NCBI RefSeq assembly: GCF_039654945.1
Contig: NW_027361725.1
Coordinates: 14,632,001 to 14,696,000 of the forward strand
Direction of reading: 5' to 3'
Source of the DNA: Dendrobates tinctorius
Lineage: Eukaryota
Length of the DNA: 64,000 nucleotides
Shown here: positions 12,581 through 23,727 of the stretch, one piece after another
How positions within the stretch are numbered: the first letter of the stretch is position 1
How the letters are laid out: each line of letters opens with the position of its first letter
Made by a program: the position numbers and the translations under genes
The notes under the pieces: generated by a model
What the model saw: the letters and a program-made list of their open reading frames with translations, nothing else
The model's database searches: none
What the model was told of the DNA's origin: nothing

Positions 12581-13963
12581 GTAAGTCGAACTTGTAATGA
12601 ATTGGGTTGTATAAATCTTGATAGTGAGGTTTGAGGGGTGAGTTGAAGTGGCTCGATTTGAAAACCCTGAAAAGACCATACGATCCACAAATATCTATTT
12701 TTTATATTAGCTGTTTGCATTTTTTGCCCATTTATTCATTACTTCAACATTTTGATGCAGTTTTCCACTGAACAGAGACCCCCCTCACCTAATACACATG
12801 TATTCTCAGCTTGCAGAAGCGGTCTGGTGGCGGGTCTCCTGACCAAAACATACAGCCTCATCTGTAACGATCAGGCTGTAAGTTTGGGTTGTGAGCCCTG
12901 CAATTAGTCCGGGCATTGCAGTCCTTATACAGACTATGAAATAGCAGTCCATGTAAAATGTCTTAAGAAAAAAAAAAAAAAGGAAACCAACAGCAAGAAG
13001 GAAATGACTGGACATGCTAACATCCAACAGCCCGATCATTCTTACCCCCGATATCGGGAATCTGCAGAGTAAGGACCCCCATGCACATTAGATGGTTGGC
13101 CAGTCTTGCCAATAGGTGGCCTCCAATGTATCACTGATAAGCTGCAGGGGTCACTCGCTGTCCCTGTTGGAAGAGGAAGTAAGGAGGACGCTGCCAGTCC
13201 CCTTTAATAGCAGCTAATCTCACAATAAAATTTCCAGCTATGGAAAGTCCAAAGGCCAGGTCCCTCTTTCCCCGACATCATCTGGTGGGGGGATATTCAG
13301 GAGCACCCCCCATACTCCCATTTCAGAATATCCCGCTGAAAATCTTAGGGTTCAGCCAACTCTAGGCTAATGTGTTAGTGTAAACTGATTGCTAAATTGT
13401 TAATAACTGCACTTTTGAAAACCGCACCCTGGCCACGTACGATCCTACCCATAAGGTGGTCATCAGACTAATTTAATTCCCAAGAAGCAGCGGCTCCTAT
13501 ACGTGACTCCCAGAAGTTGTGATCCTGTAACATCTGCGGCATTTAATAGTAAGAAGTTACTACAACGCTGGGAAGTGGTTAAGTTCTGTGAATCAGATGA
13601 AACGCTCCGGTTATTAGGCACCACTTAATGCCGACATGACCTGAATATCTCAATGAGATTAGCTGCTCTCAGTCTTTGGATGTTCCTGGCAGTGGCTGGA
13701 GGAAAAATAATTACTGTGTGGAGTTTATCAAATGTCCGCGATCTAGAGAAAGAAATAAAACGGTGTGCATAAAGTTATCAAAAAAATGGAGCGGTCTCAA
13801 TTCTTCTGCTCGTACAATCATTCTTTTTCAGCGAGCAGTTCCTCTTCATTGGTATTCATTAGAACCTTCTTCAATTTATATCATTGCTGCTGCCATTGAC
13901 CAAAGACTTGCCAGTCTTGAATCGAAAGCTCGAGTCTAAGCAGTTAGACAGTAATGGAGACAA

Positions 13964-14265
13964 AAGGACCCGCCCCCACTTCCTGCAGAAAAGGCAAGGA
14001 CCCGCCCCCACTTCCTGCAGAAAAGGCAAGGACCCGCCCCCACTTCCTGCAGAAAGGCAAGGACCCGCCCCCACTTCCTGCAGAAAGGCAAGGACCCGCC
14101 CCCACTTCCTGCAGAAAGGCAAGGACCCGCCCCCACTTCCTGCAGAAAGGCAAGGACCCGCCCCCACTTCCTGCAGAAAGGCAAGGACCCGCCCCCACTT
14201 CCTGCAGAAAGGCAAGGACCTGCCCCCACTTCCTGCAGAAAGGCAAGGACCTGCCCCCACTTCCT
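13964..14265. repeat. 31-bp minisatellite, ~10 copies
   Basis: Unit AAGGACCCGCCCCCACTTCCTGCAGAAAGGC. Confidence 0.95.
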
Positions 14266-14414
14266 GGAATCAGTCTCAACTTCTTTGCTCCTTGAGACAG
14301 ATTATTCCTAAACAGGCAGTGGACAGAAAGTTGTATAGAAGGGACTCCTAATAGCAGATAATTCGGAGTATTTTTTTTTTTTTGGGGGGGGGGGGTTAAG
14401 ACAATGTGTTATTC

Positions 14415-15241
14415 TGTTAGGCGTCAGGTTTCTGCGTCTGCTCTGCAGGAATCCAGACCCTTACATTCTGCGATCTCTTGCTGTTTATCCTCCAACTGAG
14501 CATGCTCATCAGACAAATTCCCATTGGAGATCGGGAGTCATGTGCTCAGGTCCTGCTCCAGATCTCATTGGTCCATCATTGGTCCATCTCAGAGATCTGG
14601 AAGCTTCTGGAAGGTCCCGGCTGCTATAAAAAGCACGCATGGCCGTTCCGCCATGTGCTAGTATAGACTATACTTGCTATGTGTGAATGGTGATGGATGT
14701 ATGATTCTGGTGACTGACTCATTTGAAACCCTTTCCCTCTGATGTTACGCATGTGGTTAGGGAATTAGAGTTATAGTCAGCGCCAGTCAGTGGCAAGCCA
14801 TACGCCACAGTGCATACCGCACCGCTACACTAGCGTCCGATAGTGTTATGTCTCACATCACTGTCGTACAGCGGCAGTAGTTACCGCCGCGCTGCAGATA
14901 GCAGCACTTACTGGCGTCCGCGGTAGCGACGACACACGGACGGTAGGTCAAGACGGACACCGACCTCTGCCTTGGGCCGTGTCCTGTGACCATATACTGT
15001 GTGTGCACATCAGCTGAGACCTGTGAAGCTAACAGGCTCGGCGTTTATGCTTTATTTATACTAAAGCGCCTCTGAGTCCGCTCTGCGCACCTTGGGTGAC
15101 GTTTAACCCGAGCGCAGTGTACCGCCATATAGCGAGTCTGCCATTACTCAGCAGCGGTTGTTACACCTACTGCACGGTGGACCCCGGGAGGCAAACGTAC
15201 TTCCTATTATTTATATTTAGTGCGTTCCACCATCCCTAACA
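14415..15241 (+). mobile_element. Solo LTR
   Basis: TGTTAGG...CCTAACA termini, near-perfect 5-bp TSD (TATTC/GATTC), TATAAAAA at 14625. Confidence 0.75.
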
Positions 15242-15508
15242 GATTCACAGGTTGTCTATTTATCATATTATGATGTCTGAAAGTACAAGGACCAACTAAA
15301 ACTTTAAAAAAAAACTTAGACTAACATTATATTACTGTGTGAAAATTAAATCACAGCTCAGTGAGTATGGTTGTCACCTCTTTCCTGGTGTAAGAAACCT
15401 TGGCATGACACTCGACCTTAATGCACTCATTATAGGGATAGATGGTGTGGTCTAAAAAAAAAAAAAAAAAAAAAAACCACTTAATCCTTTTCTCCCCCAC
15501 CATTTTAG

Positions 15509-15600
15509 AGATGGCAGAGCCAATTCAACAGTTAACAAGAAGTGGTCGGACAGAGGAGCGTCAGAGAGTGCCCTTCCTGCTATTGAGCTGCAAAGAAAAG
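15509..15600 (+). CDS. soul3: soul3-like coding exon 2
   Basis: Pyrimidine tract, ttttag|AG ATG GCA; (E)MAEPIQQLTRSGRTEERQRVPFLLLSCKEK|gtaatt; 92 nt, phase 1 to 0. Confidence 0.88.
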
Positions 15601-15717
15601 GTAATTTGGATTTTTTTCGGGGATAATACAAGAAGTTAAAGGGATATCCTTCCATGATATCAAATGTCCTACAGTTGGAGGTCCTTCCTATACATTATGG
15701 TGGAGAATAGTAAGACA

Positions 15718-15883
15718 AGGGTGATCAATGAGTGGAACAGGCTGCCACGAGAGGTGGCGAGTTCTCCTTCAATGGAAGTCTTCAAACAGAGGCTGGAGAG
15801 ACATCTGTCTGGGATAATTTAGTGAATCCTGCTTTGAGCAGGGGGTTGGACCAGATGACCCAGGAGGTCCCTTCCAACTCTAC
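15718..15883 (+). mobile_element. CR1 LINE 3' fragment
   Basis: TGGAACAGGCTGCCACGAGAGGTGG...GGTTGGACCAGATGACCCAGGAGGTCCCTTCCAAC, the characteristic CR1 3' end. Confidence 0.85.
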
Positions 15884-16517
15884 CCTTTGTTGCCCTCAGG
15901 TTCTCCTGATGATTGATGGGACTGTTAGACTTCACCGAGATCCTTTCTTTATATAGTCTCACTCTGCTACCTTATTTCTCACCAATGATTTAGTGTATTT
16001 CCTTTTCTCTGTACCCTTTTCAGATTTCCTGGATGTTTGCCCACCAGGCATTATAAATAAGCCTATCCTACATCATAACCACAGACTATGCTCTGGACGT
16101 TTCCTCTTAAATGTTTACATGCTGCATTTGCTCTGGATTGCAGCATCTAAAAGGAGTTAAACAACTGGGATAGGAGTTTTCGCCAATCGCGGCCATTGCA
16201 GTAGTTTTGGCCTACAGATTACAATGAACTAAATGATTAGACAGACACCTCTCCTGAACTCACACCAATTCCTCAAGGTAGCTGTACATGGTCATGGTGC
16301 AGAAAGGTGATAAACTACATAAAAATTATAAGAAACGTATACTGAATAATTTGCAAGGGTAAAAAACCTTGGGAAACAAAAAGTTCTGTTCCAGACCTTC
16401 ACGCATGCTTGATCATTGTATTCTGGCATTCCAGTGTTCCGGTCTATTCGTGCATAAATTAGTGGTGTGCGTGTGTGGCACGTAGATCGTGAATATCAGG
16501 CGGCTCACGAGACGTAA

Positions 16518-16898
16518 AGGCCCCGTCACACTAAGCGATATCGCTAGCAATATTGCTATAACGTCACTGGTTTTTGTGACGTAGCAGCGATAATCGCTAC
16601 ATGTGATACTTGCCTCCGACCGGCTCCCCCGCTGGTTATCGCTGATCGCGCGAGAAAGTCCTGGGTCGTTTCTCATCAGCCGTTTCCTGCTGGGCTTCCT
16701 GTGGCGCCGACGAGCGACTCGGGCGGGAGGACATCAGGATCGCCACGTCTGACATGTAAGTAGCGACCGCTGCGATGTCGCTGGTGAGATCTGCCTGTGT
16801 GGCAGCTCACTAGCGACCACCTAGCGATGTACCAGCGATCCTGACCGCGTCATATCGTTGTTGGGATCGCTGGTGCATCGCTAGGTGTGACAGTACCT
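16518..16898. mobile_element. Harbinger-like MITE, copy A
   Basis: AGGCCCCGTCACACT...GTGTGACAGTACCT, TAA/TTA flanks, ATCGCT repeats. Confidence 0.75.
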
Positions 16899-16946
16899 TT
16901 AGTTTTATGTATTTTCCATCCTCTGTTTTTCTGCACTTTTGTCTAA

Positions 16947-17330
16947 GGGTACCGTTACACTTAGCGATGCACCAGCGATCCCGACAACGATATGGAACGC
17001 TGGTGCATCGCTAGGTGGTCGCTAGTGAGCTGCCACACAGGCAGATCTCACCAGCGACATCGCAGGGGTCGGGGGTCGCTACTTTCCTGTCAGATGCGGC
17101 GATCCTGATGTCCTCCCACCCACGTCCACGCGTTGCCCGTCGGCACCACAGGAAGCTGACGACGAGAAATGATCCAGGACCTTCTCGCGCGACCAGCGAT
17201 AATCAGCGGGGGAGCCGGTCGGAGGTAAGTATCACATGTAGAGATATCGCTAGCAATATCGCTGCTACGTCACAAAATCGGTGACTTTACAGCGATATTG
17301 CTAGCGATATCACAGTGTGTAACGGGGGCT
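16947..17330. mobile_element. Harbinger-like MITE, copy B, inverted relative to copy A
   Basis: GGGTACCGTTACACT...TGTGTAACGGGGGCT, TAA on both sides; internal sequence is a diverged reverse complement of copy A. Confidence 0.75.
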
Positions 17331-17699
17331 TAAGACTTTGAGCAGGAAATCATATTATCAGTCTCTAATGCTGGGCTGATGGCCCACCTGGATTTCCTAA
17401 GGAGGAACCTTGTTTGTAGGTCAAGTGGCAGGGGCGCCCCGCTGACCCCACAAAATAAATATCTATGCCTGTATGTAGTCAGTGCACCGCAAACTTATGA
17501 GACCCTGCATCTAAATTAAAAACTCATGGGAGGTCTCATTAAAGACAAGAATTGATCAGATCACAAGTGATCATGTGCTTAGACATCCCTTATAATCCTT
17601 GTAGAAGAGAAAATCATGTAAAAAAAAAAAAAAAGTTGTATATACACTAGTCCTCATTGCAATAAAGTGCAAACCCACCACTAATTTATTGGTGTAAAC

Positions 17700-18461
17700 C
17701 GCAAGCCCCGACTAGCCCAGAGCCGCAAAGCGCAAGCCCCGACTAGCCCAGAGCCGCAAAGCGCAAGCCCCGACTAGCCCAGAGCCGCAAAGCGCAAGCC
17801 CCGACTAGCCCAGAGCCGCAAAGCGCAAGCCCCGACTAGCCCAGAGCCGCAAAGCGCAAGCCCCGACTAGCCCAGAGCCGCAAAGCGCAAGCCCCGACTA
17901 GCCCAGAGCCGCAAAGCGCAAGCCCCGACTAGCCCAGAGCCGCAAAGCGCAAGCCCCGACTAGCCCAGAGCCGCAAAGCGCAAGCCCCGACTAGCCCAGA
18001 GCCGCAAAGCGCAAGCCCCGACTAGCCCAGAGCCGCAAAGCGCAAGCCCCGACTAGCCCAGAGCCGCAAAGCGCAAGCCCCGACTAGCCCAGAGCCGCAA
18101 AGCGCAAGCCTCGACTAGCCCAGAGCCGCAAAGCGCAAGCCCCTAGTAGCCCAGAGCCGCAAAGCGCAAGCCCCTAGTAGCCCAGAGCCACAAAGCTCAA
18201 ACCCTTCCTAGCCCAGAGCCGCAAAATGCAAGCCCCTCCTAGCACACAGCCGCAAAGCACAAGCCTCTACAAGCCCAGAGCCGCAAAGCGCAAGCCCCTA
18301 GTAGCCCAGAACCGCAAAGCGCAAGCCCCTAGTAGCCCAGAGCCGCAAAGCGCAAGCCCCTAGTAGCCCAGAGCCGCAAAGCGCAAGCCCCTAGTAGCCC
18401 AGAGCCGCAAAGCGCAAGCCCCTAGTAGCCCAGAGCCGCAAAGCGCAAGCCCCGACTAGCC
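17700..18461. repeat. 31-bp minisatellite, ~24 copies
   Basis: Unit GCGCAAGCCCCGACTAGCCCAGAGCCGCAAA; a variant (CCCCTAGTAG) dominates the 3' half. Confidence 0.95.
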
Positions 18462-19002
18462 TCCTAATATATAGGGTCGTCTGACAGCAAAATTAATGAA
18501 AAACAATACTCACTTTCCAGTGCGCCCTCCACCAGCAGAACTAAGCACAGGCTGCTCCGGAGGTCAGTGGCAACTCCAAAAACGGCAACTGCTCTGGAAT
18601 TCACAGCACGGCTGCAGTGGTCAAAAGATGGACGCATCAGATGTTTCTCAAACGATGCCCTCTTCCCGACAACCCCTTTAACATCAGATTAGAAGGGAGG
18701 GTGATCTGGCTCCCAGAAGCCATATAGTTCCTTTAAATGGTCATGACGTCCTAATAGGGTGTATTAGAAAGGGGTCATCTTGATGACACAATCAGCTTAA
18801 TGGCGTGTCTTTGGTGGGCAAACCAATCACTTTAGCCTCTACTATATGCAAGTCGAGTCCTTGAACTGGAGACCCTTCAGGGGGAAAAAAAAAAACAAAA
18901 CACCTAACAGTGTGTATGGTGGGATGGCAGGCAATGTCCAGCCCTGCAGAAGCCATATTACTACAGGAGTCAATATCATTTTTTGCTGTCTTTTTCCAAC
19001 AG

Positions 19003-19144
19003 TGCGGAGAGGTGATGTACGAAAAAAGACAGTACGGAAAAGCCAAGTGGGCGTGTATCAAGATGAAAGAGGAGCGGTATGAGCAGAGTATATGCATGGG
19101 GTTCATGAAGCTCATGAGATACATCTGTGAACAGAACTCCTCAG
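19003..19144 (+). CDS. soul3: soul3-like coding exon 3
   Basis: ccaacag|CGEVMYEKRQYGKAKWAC...GFMKLMRYICEQNSS G|gtaag. YExRxY and GFMKLMRYI are SOUL/HBP-type motifs. Confidence 0.92.
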
Positions 19145-19337
19145 GTAAGATGTCTCCTGCCGTGGGGGTAACATCGCAAGTGGGTCTTTGTTATGGGGTT
19201 TCCACCACTCCATTCTAACGGGGGTATTTCTGCCGGCAGACCCCCACATATCCCAGTTCTCCTGCAGACAGGCGATCACTTGCTATCCTACATCCGCCTT
19301 CTTCACCATTACCCTGGTTGCAATCTTTTGTTCCTAG

Positions 19338-19521
19338 GAGCATACCTGGGCATGACTATCCCAATTCTGACAACGGTGCACACCGACGATCTGCGGACTG
19401 GCCTCACGCGCTCCGTCACGGTGGCTTATTATATACCGAACCATCTTCAAGATGATCCGCCTCAACCAACCGACCAGGAAATCATCATTGAGGAGTGGCC
19501 AGCTACCGTCGTCTTCTCTAG
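19338..19521 (+). CDS. soul3: soul3-like coding exon 4
   Basis: cctag|(G)AYLGMTIPIL...AYYIPNHLQDDPPQPTDQEIIIEEWPATVVFS AG|gtacag. SOUL-type MTxP and PPxPxD motifs; 184 nt. Confidence 0.92.
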
Positions 19522-19628
19522 GTACAGCTTCTACTGAAAGGGGTATTCCCATCCCCATAGATGTAATAATAATATTACCAAATACCTCCAATTATTGATT
19601 GACAACTTTTTATAAAAAAATCCCTAAA

Positions 19629-19984
19629 AGGGGTATTACCATATCTAAGATTCTATCCCAATATGCAGAAGGTGTAATAATATTATCAAATACCTCCAAT
19701 TAGAAATGTAGTATATTTCTTCTGATTAGCTATGTAGCTGACCCCACGTCCAGGGCATTGCAGTAGCTTAGGTATCTATGGCTACAACCACTCATTGTGA
19801 CAGTTGTTAGTGGTTGTAACCATGGATACCTTAGCTACTGCAATGCACTGCGCATGGGGTCAGCAACATAGCTAATCAGAAGAACTATACTACATGTCTA
19901 TTGGTATTTGCTACTATTATTATATCTACTACATAATGCGATAGGGTCTTGGAGATGGGATTGTCCTAATAGTGGACAACCCCT
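19629..19984. mobile_element. Palindromic T2-like MITE (related copy at 51954-52290, fragment at ~19540-19592)
   Basis: AGGGGTATT start; the whole element is an imperfect inverted repeat. Confidence 0.65.
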
Positions 19985-20837
19985 TTAATTGTAATGCAGG
20001 TGAGTGATGGCATTAGTTGCAGTTTGATTGGCTGAATTAATTGTACTGTGGATAGCAGCATTAAATGGACACAGAAATGGCAGAATTAATTGATCCCTGA
20101 ATGTAGATGTTGAGTATAAGAAGGACTGGGCATGCTGAATTTCAACATGTCCGATCCTGTGCTTTAAAGAGAAAGTGGTCGTGGTTTAGATAAACACATG
20201 CATGGTGGGGGAATTGTAAGGAAAATCTGCTAGCCATTAGTGTGGCCGGCTAATGGTCAATGCCCACAATGCTTTTTCTGTACATCGGTTTTGCGTAAAA
20301 AATAAAATACGCAGAGAAGTATAATATCAAAGTCATTGAGATTTTTGCAATCACATGAAGGCGTTGTTTTTTTTTGCGAGTATATTAACCTATATTCCGT
20401 ACGTTTCCGCGTTCTTTTGTGTGTTTTTTTCCTCCACTAACTTCAGAGGGGAACTATTTTTTCACTTAAGAAAAAAAAACCCACACCAGTATTGTAGGGT
20501 TTTTTTGCACTTTACAGGGAATGTGATCTCAAAAGAGCAGAAAAAGGAAGAAAAACAAAAAAAAAAAAAAAAAAACCACAATTGAGTAAAGTTTTTTTTT
20601 TTCTTTGCAGATTTGTCTATTTTTTTTCCCCAAGTGGTGGATTTTGCGCCAAATTCATCAAAACAGTTACGTTAGATTAACTGGCGGAAATTTAATAATC
20701 CTTTATTTTTTATTCTAGCTTTTTTTGTGCCTTTTTATAGTACAAAGAAAAGAAAAGTGAATCAGTTATAAAGTGTAAGAAAACAGATGCAAAATGGAAA
20801 ACAAGGCAAGCGCAGTGTTAAAAAACGGATTTGTTAA

Positions 20838-21464
20838 GAGGAATCGGTCACCACTTTTTTGGCATATCATGTAAAAATATCATTCAATTTAGTGTCACCT
20901 ATGCATTCTACAAGTACTTTTTATACCCCTTGACTCCCCAACGATGATCCATAAATACTGTTTTTATTCCTCCCGTGGTGTATGTAAATAGGCTCGGTCC
21001 GATGGGCGGGGTTTAATGTCCATCTCCACCCTCCTCCTCGACAGTTACCGCACGTGCGCATTCAAGTGGTCCCTCGCGCGTGCGCAGAAGACTTTGCCCA
21101 ACTGTGGGCAAAGCCGAAAGACAGTATTGCGCATGCGCCTGCCTACGCCATGGCATTCTATGGCTCGGGACGCAGGAATTACCCGAAAGGAATGCGTAGA
21201 GAAAGCCAGGACGGGGCCCATCAGGCATGAAAAGGAATGCGTAGAGCAAGCCGGGGGGGGGGGGGGGGGGGAAGGAGCCAGACAATAAGCCCCGCCCATC
21301 GGACCGAGCATATTTACATACACTGTGGGAGGAATAAAAAGGTGTATTTATACATAGTTGGTGGGGTGTCAAGGGGTATAAAAAGTACCTGTATAATGCA
21401 GAGCTGACACTAAATTGAATGATATTTTTACATGATATGCCAAAAAAGTGGTGACAGATTCCCT
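20838..21464. mobile_element. T2/Kolobok-like MITE with long TIRs
   Basis: TTAA TSD; GAGGAATCGGTCACCACTTTTTTGGCATATCATG...CATGATATGCCAAAAAAGTGGTGACAGATTCCCT. Confidence 0.85.
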
Positions 21465-21604
21465 TTAATGGATGACATAAAAGATACCTGTCCACCATGA
21501 TCTGTTTCCCTAAAGAGAAAAAAAACCTCGTTGTTAGTTTTGTTTGCTTCTCTGTTGGCCAGATAGAAGCTGCTCTGACTACATTTTTTGTGCTGGCTGA
21601 AAGA

Positions 21605-21639
<35 letters not shown>

Positions 21640-21936
21640 AGCAGCTGAAAGGAAAACACACTTTATGACAGTTTTGTTGCCATTACAGTGCATTTATGAT
21701 CTGAAAACTGGACATAAAAAGCTGGTCATGTGAAAAAAGCGCTTAAGCCATGTTCACGTTGCATTTTTTTTTTTTTCTGCAGAAGCGACATGCTGCAGTT
21801 TGTAAAAACGAGTGTGCGTGAGATTTCTGAAACCTCATAAGCTTTTACTGGGACTGGAAAATGCAAGTTAAAATATGCATTTCAGAAACAGCAGCAAAAA
21901 CGCAACGTGTGAATAGAGCCGTAATATTCAACTGCA

Positions 21937-21968
<32 letters not shown>

Positions 21969-22154
21969 AAGGGCAATTAATAATAATATACATTTTGCAC
22001 ACCACCAGGGTGTTTGTACCGTTATGCTAGAAAGCAGCTTGGAAAAGTCATGATTAATTAGGCGAAGACGCCTGGATAACCAGAAATCCCTTAGCATACA
22101 TACTAACTATTATTCATAAATATTACCAATAAATCGTAAAAGAAAAATATATAA

Positions 22155-23727
22155 ATCCACCATTCAAAAGTTTGGGGTCACTCAGACAATTGTGTTTTCC
22201 ATGAAAACTCATACTTTTATTAATCAAATGAGCTGCCAAATGAATTAAAATCTAGTCCAGACATTGACAAGGTTCAAATAAAAGATGTCCATTTGAAATA
22301 ATCTTCTCCTTCAAACGTTGCTTTCATCACAGAATGCTCCCTTTGCAGCAATTCCAGCATTGCAAACCTTTGGCATTCTAGCAGTTAATTTGCTGAGGTA
22401 ATATGGAGAAATTTCACCCCATGCTTCCAGAAGCCCCACCCACAATTTGGTTTGGCTTGATGGGCACTTTTTGGTCAAGCTGCTCCCACAACAGCTCAAT
22501 GCGGTTGAGATCTGGTGACTGCGCTGGCCACTCCATTACAAATAGAATACCAGCTGCCTGCTTCTTCCTAAATACTTCTTGCATAATTTGGAGGTGTGCT
22601 TTGGGTCACTGTCCTGTTGTAGGATGAAGTTGGCTCCAACCAAGCGCCGTCCACAGGGTATGGTATGGCGTTACAAAATGGAGGGATAGACTTCCTTATT
22701 CAAAATCCCTTTTACCTTGTACAAATCTCCCACTTTACCAGCACCAAAGCAACCCCAGACCAAAACATTACCTCCACCATGCTTGTCAGTTGCCATCAGG
22801 CATTTTTCCAGCATCTTTTCAGTTGCTCTGCGTCTCACAAATGTTCTTCTGTGGGATCCAGACACCTCAAACTTGGATTCGGCTGTCCATAACACTTTTT
22901 ACCAATCTTCCTTTATCCAATGTCTATGTTCTTTTGCCCATATTAATCTTTTCCTTTTATTAGCCAGTCTCAGATATGGCTTTGTCTTTGCCACTCTGCC
23001 CTTAAGGCCAGCATCCCGGAGTCGCCTCTTCACTGTAGACACTGACACTGGCGTTTTGCATGTACCATTTTATGAAGCTGCCAGTTGAGGACCTGTGAGG
23101 CATCAATTTCTCAAACTACAGACTCTATTGTACAGTACTTGTCTTGTTGCTCAGTTGTGCAGTGGGGCCTCCCACTTCTCTTTCTACTCTGGTTAGAGCC
23201 TGTTTGTGCTCTCCTCTGAAGGGAGTAGTACATACCGTTGTAGGAAATCTTCAGTTTCTTGGCAATTTCTCGCATGGAACAGCCTTCATTTCTAAGAACA
23301 AGAATAGACTGTCGAATTTCACATGAAAGTTATTTTTTTATGCCCATTTTGAGAGTTTCATGGAACCAGCAAATGTAATGCTCCAGATTCTCAACTAGCT
23401 CAAAGGAAGGTCAGGTTTATAGCTTCTCTAATCAGCCAAACTGTTTTCAGCTGTGCTAACATACTTGCACAAGGGTTTTCTAACTATCCATTAGCCTCCT
23501 TACACAGTTAGCAAACACAAAGTACCATAAGAACACTGGAGTGATGGTTGTTGGAAATGGGCCTCTATGCACCTATGAAGATATTGCATTACAAACCAGA
23601 CGTTTGCAGCTAGAATAGTCATTTACCACATTAACAATGTATAGAGTGTATTTCTGAATCATTTAATATTAGCTTCATTGGACAAAAAAAAAACCTGTGC
23701 TTTTCTTTCAAAAATAAGGCAATTTCA
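22155..23727 (-). mobile_element. Decayed Tc1-like transposon
   Basis: Minus-strand fragments LWTAESKFEV, KHGGGNVLVWGCF and RMPKVCNAGIAAKG; TTCAAAAGTTTGGGGTCAC end; many stops and frameshifts. Confidence 0.8.

Noticed and set aside
13871-14351. Repetitive ORFs on both strands
   Set aside because: Products of the 31-bp tandem array.
17700-18461. CRISPR-like regular 31-bp repeats
   Set aside because: Head-to-tail units with no unique spacers, no cas genes, and a eukaryotic context.
21013-21693. 226-aa minus-strand ORF
   Set aside because: It spans a MITE and homopolymer runs (poly-F, poly-P); spurious.
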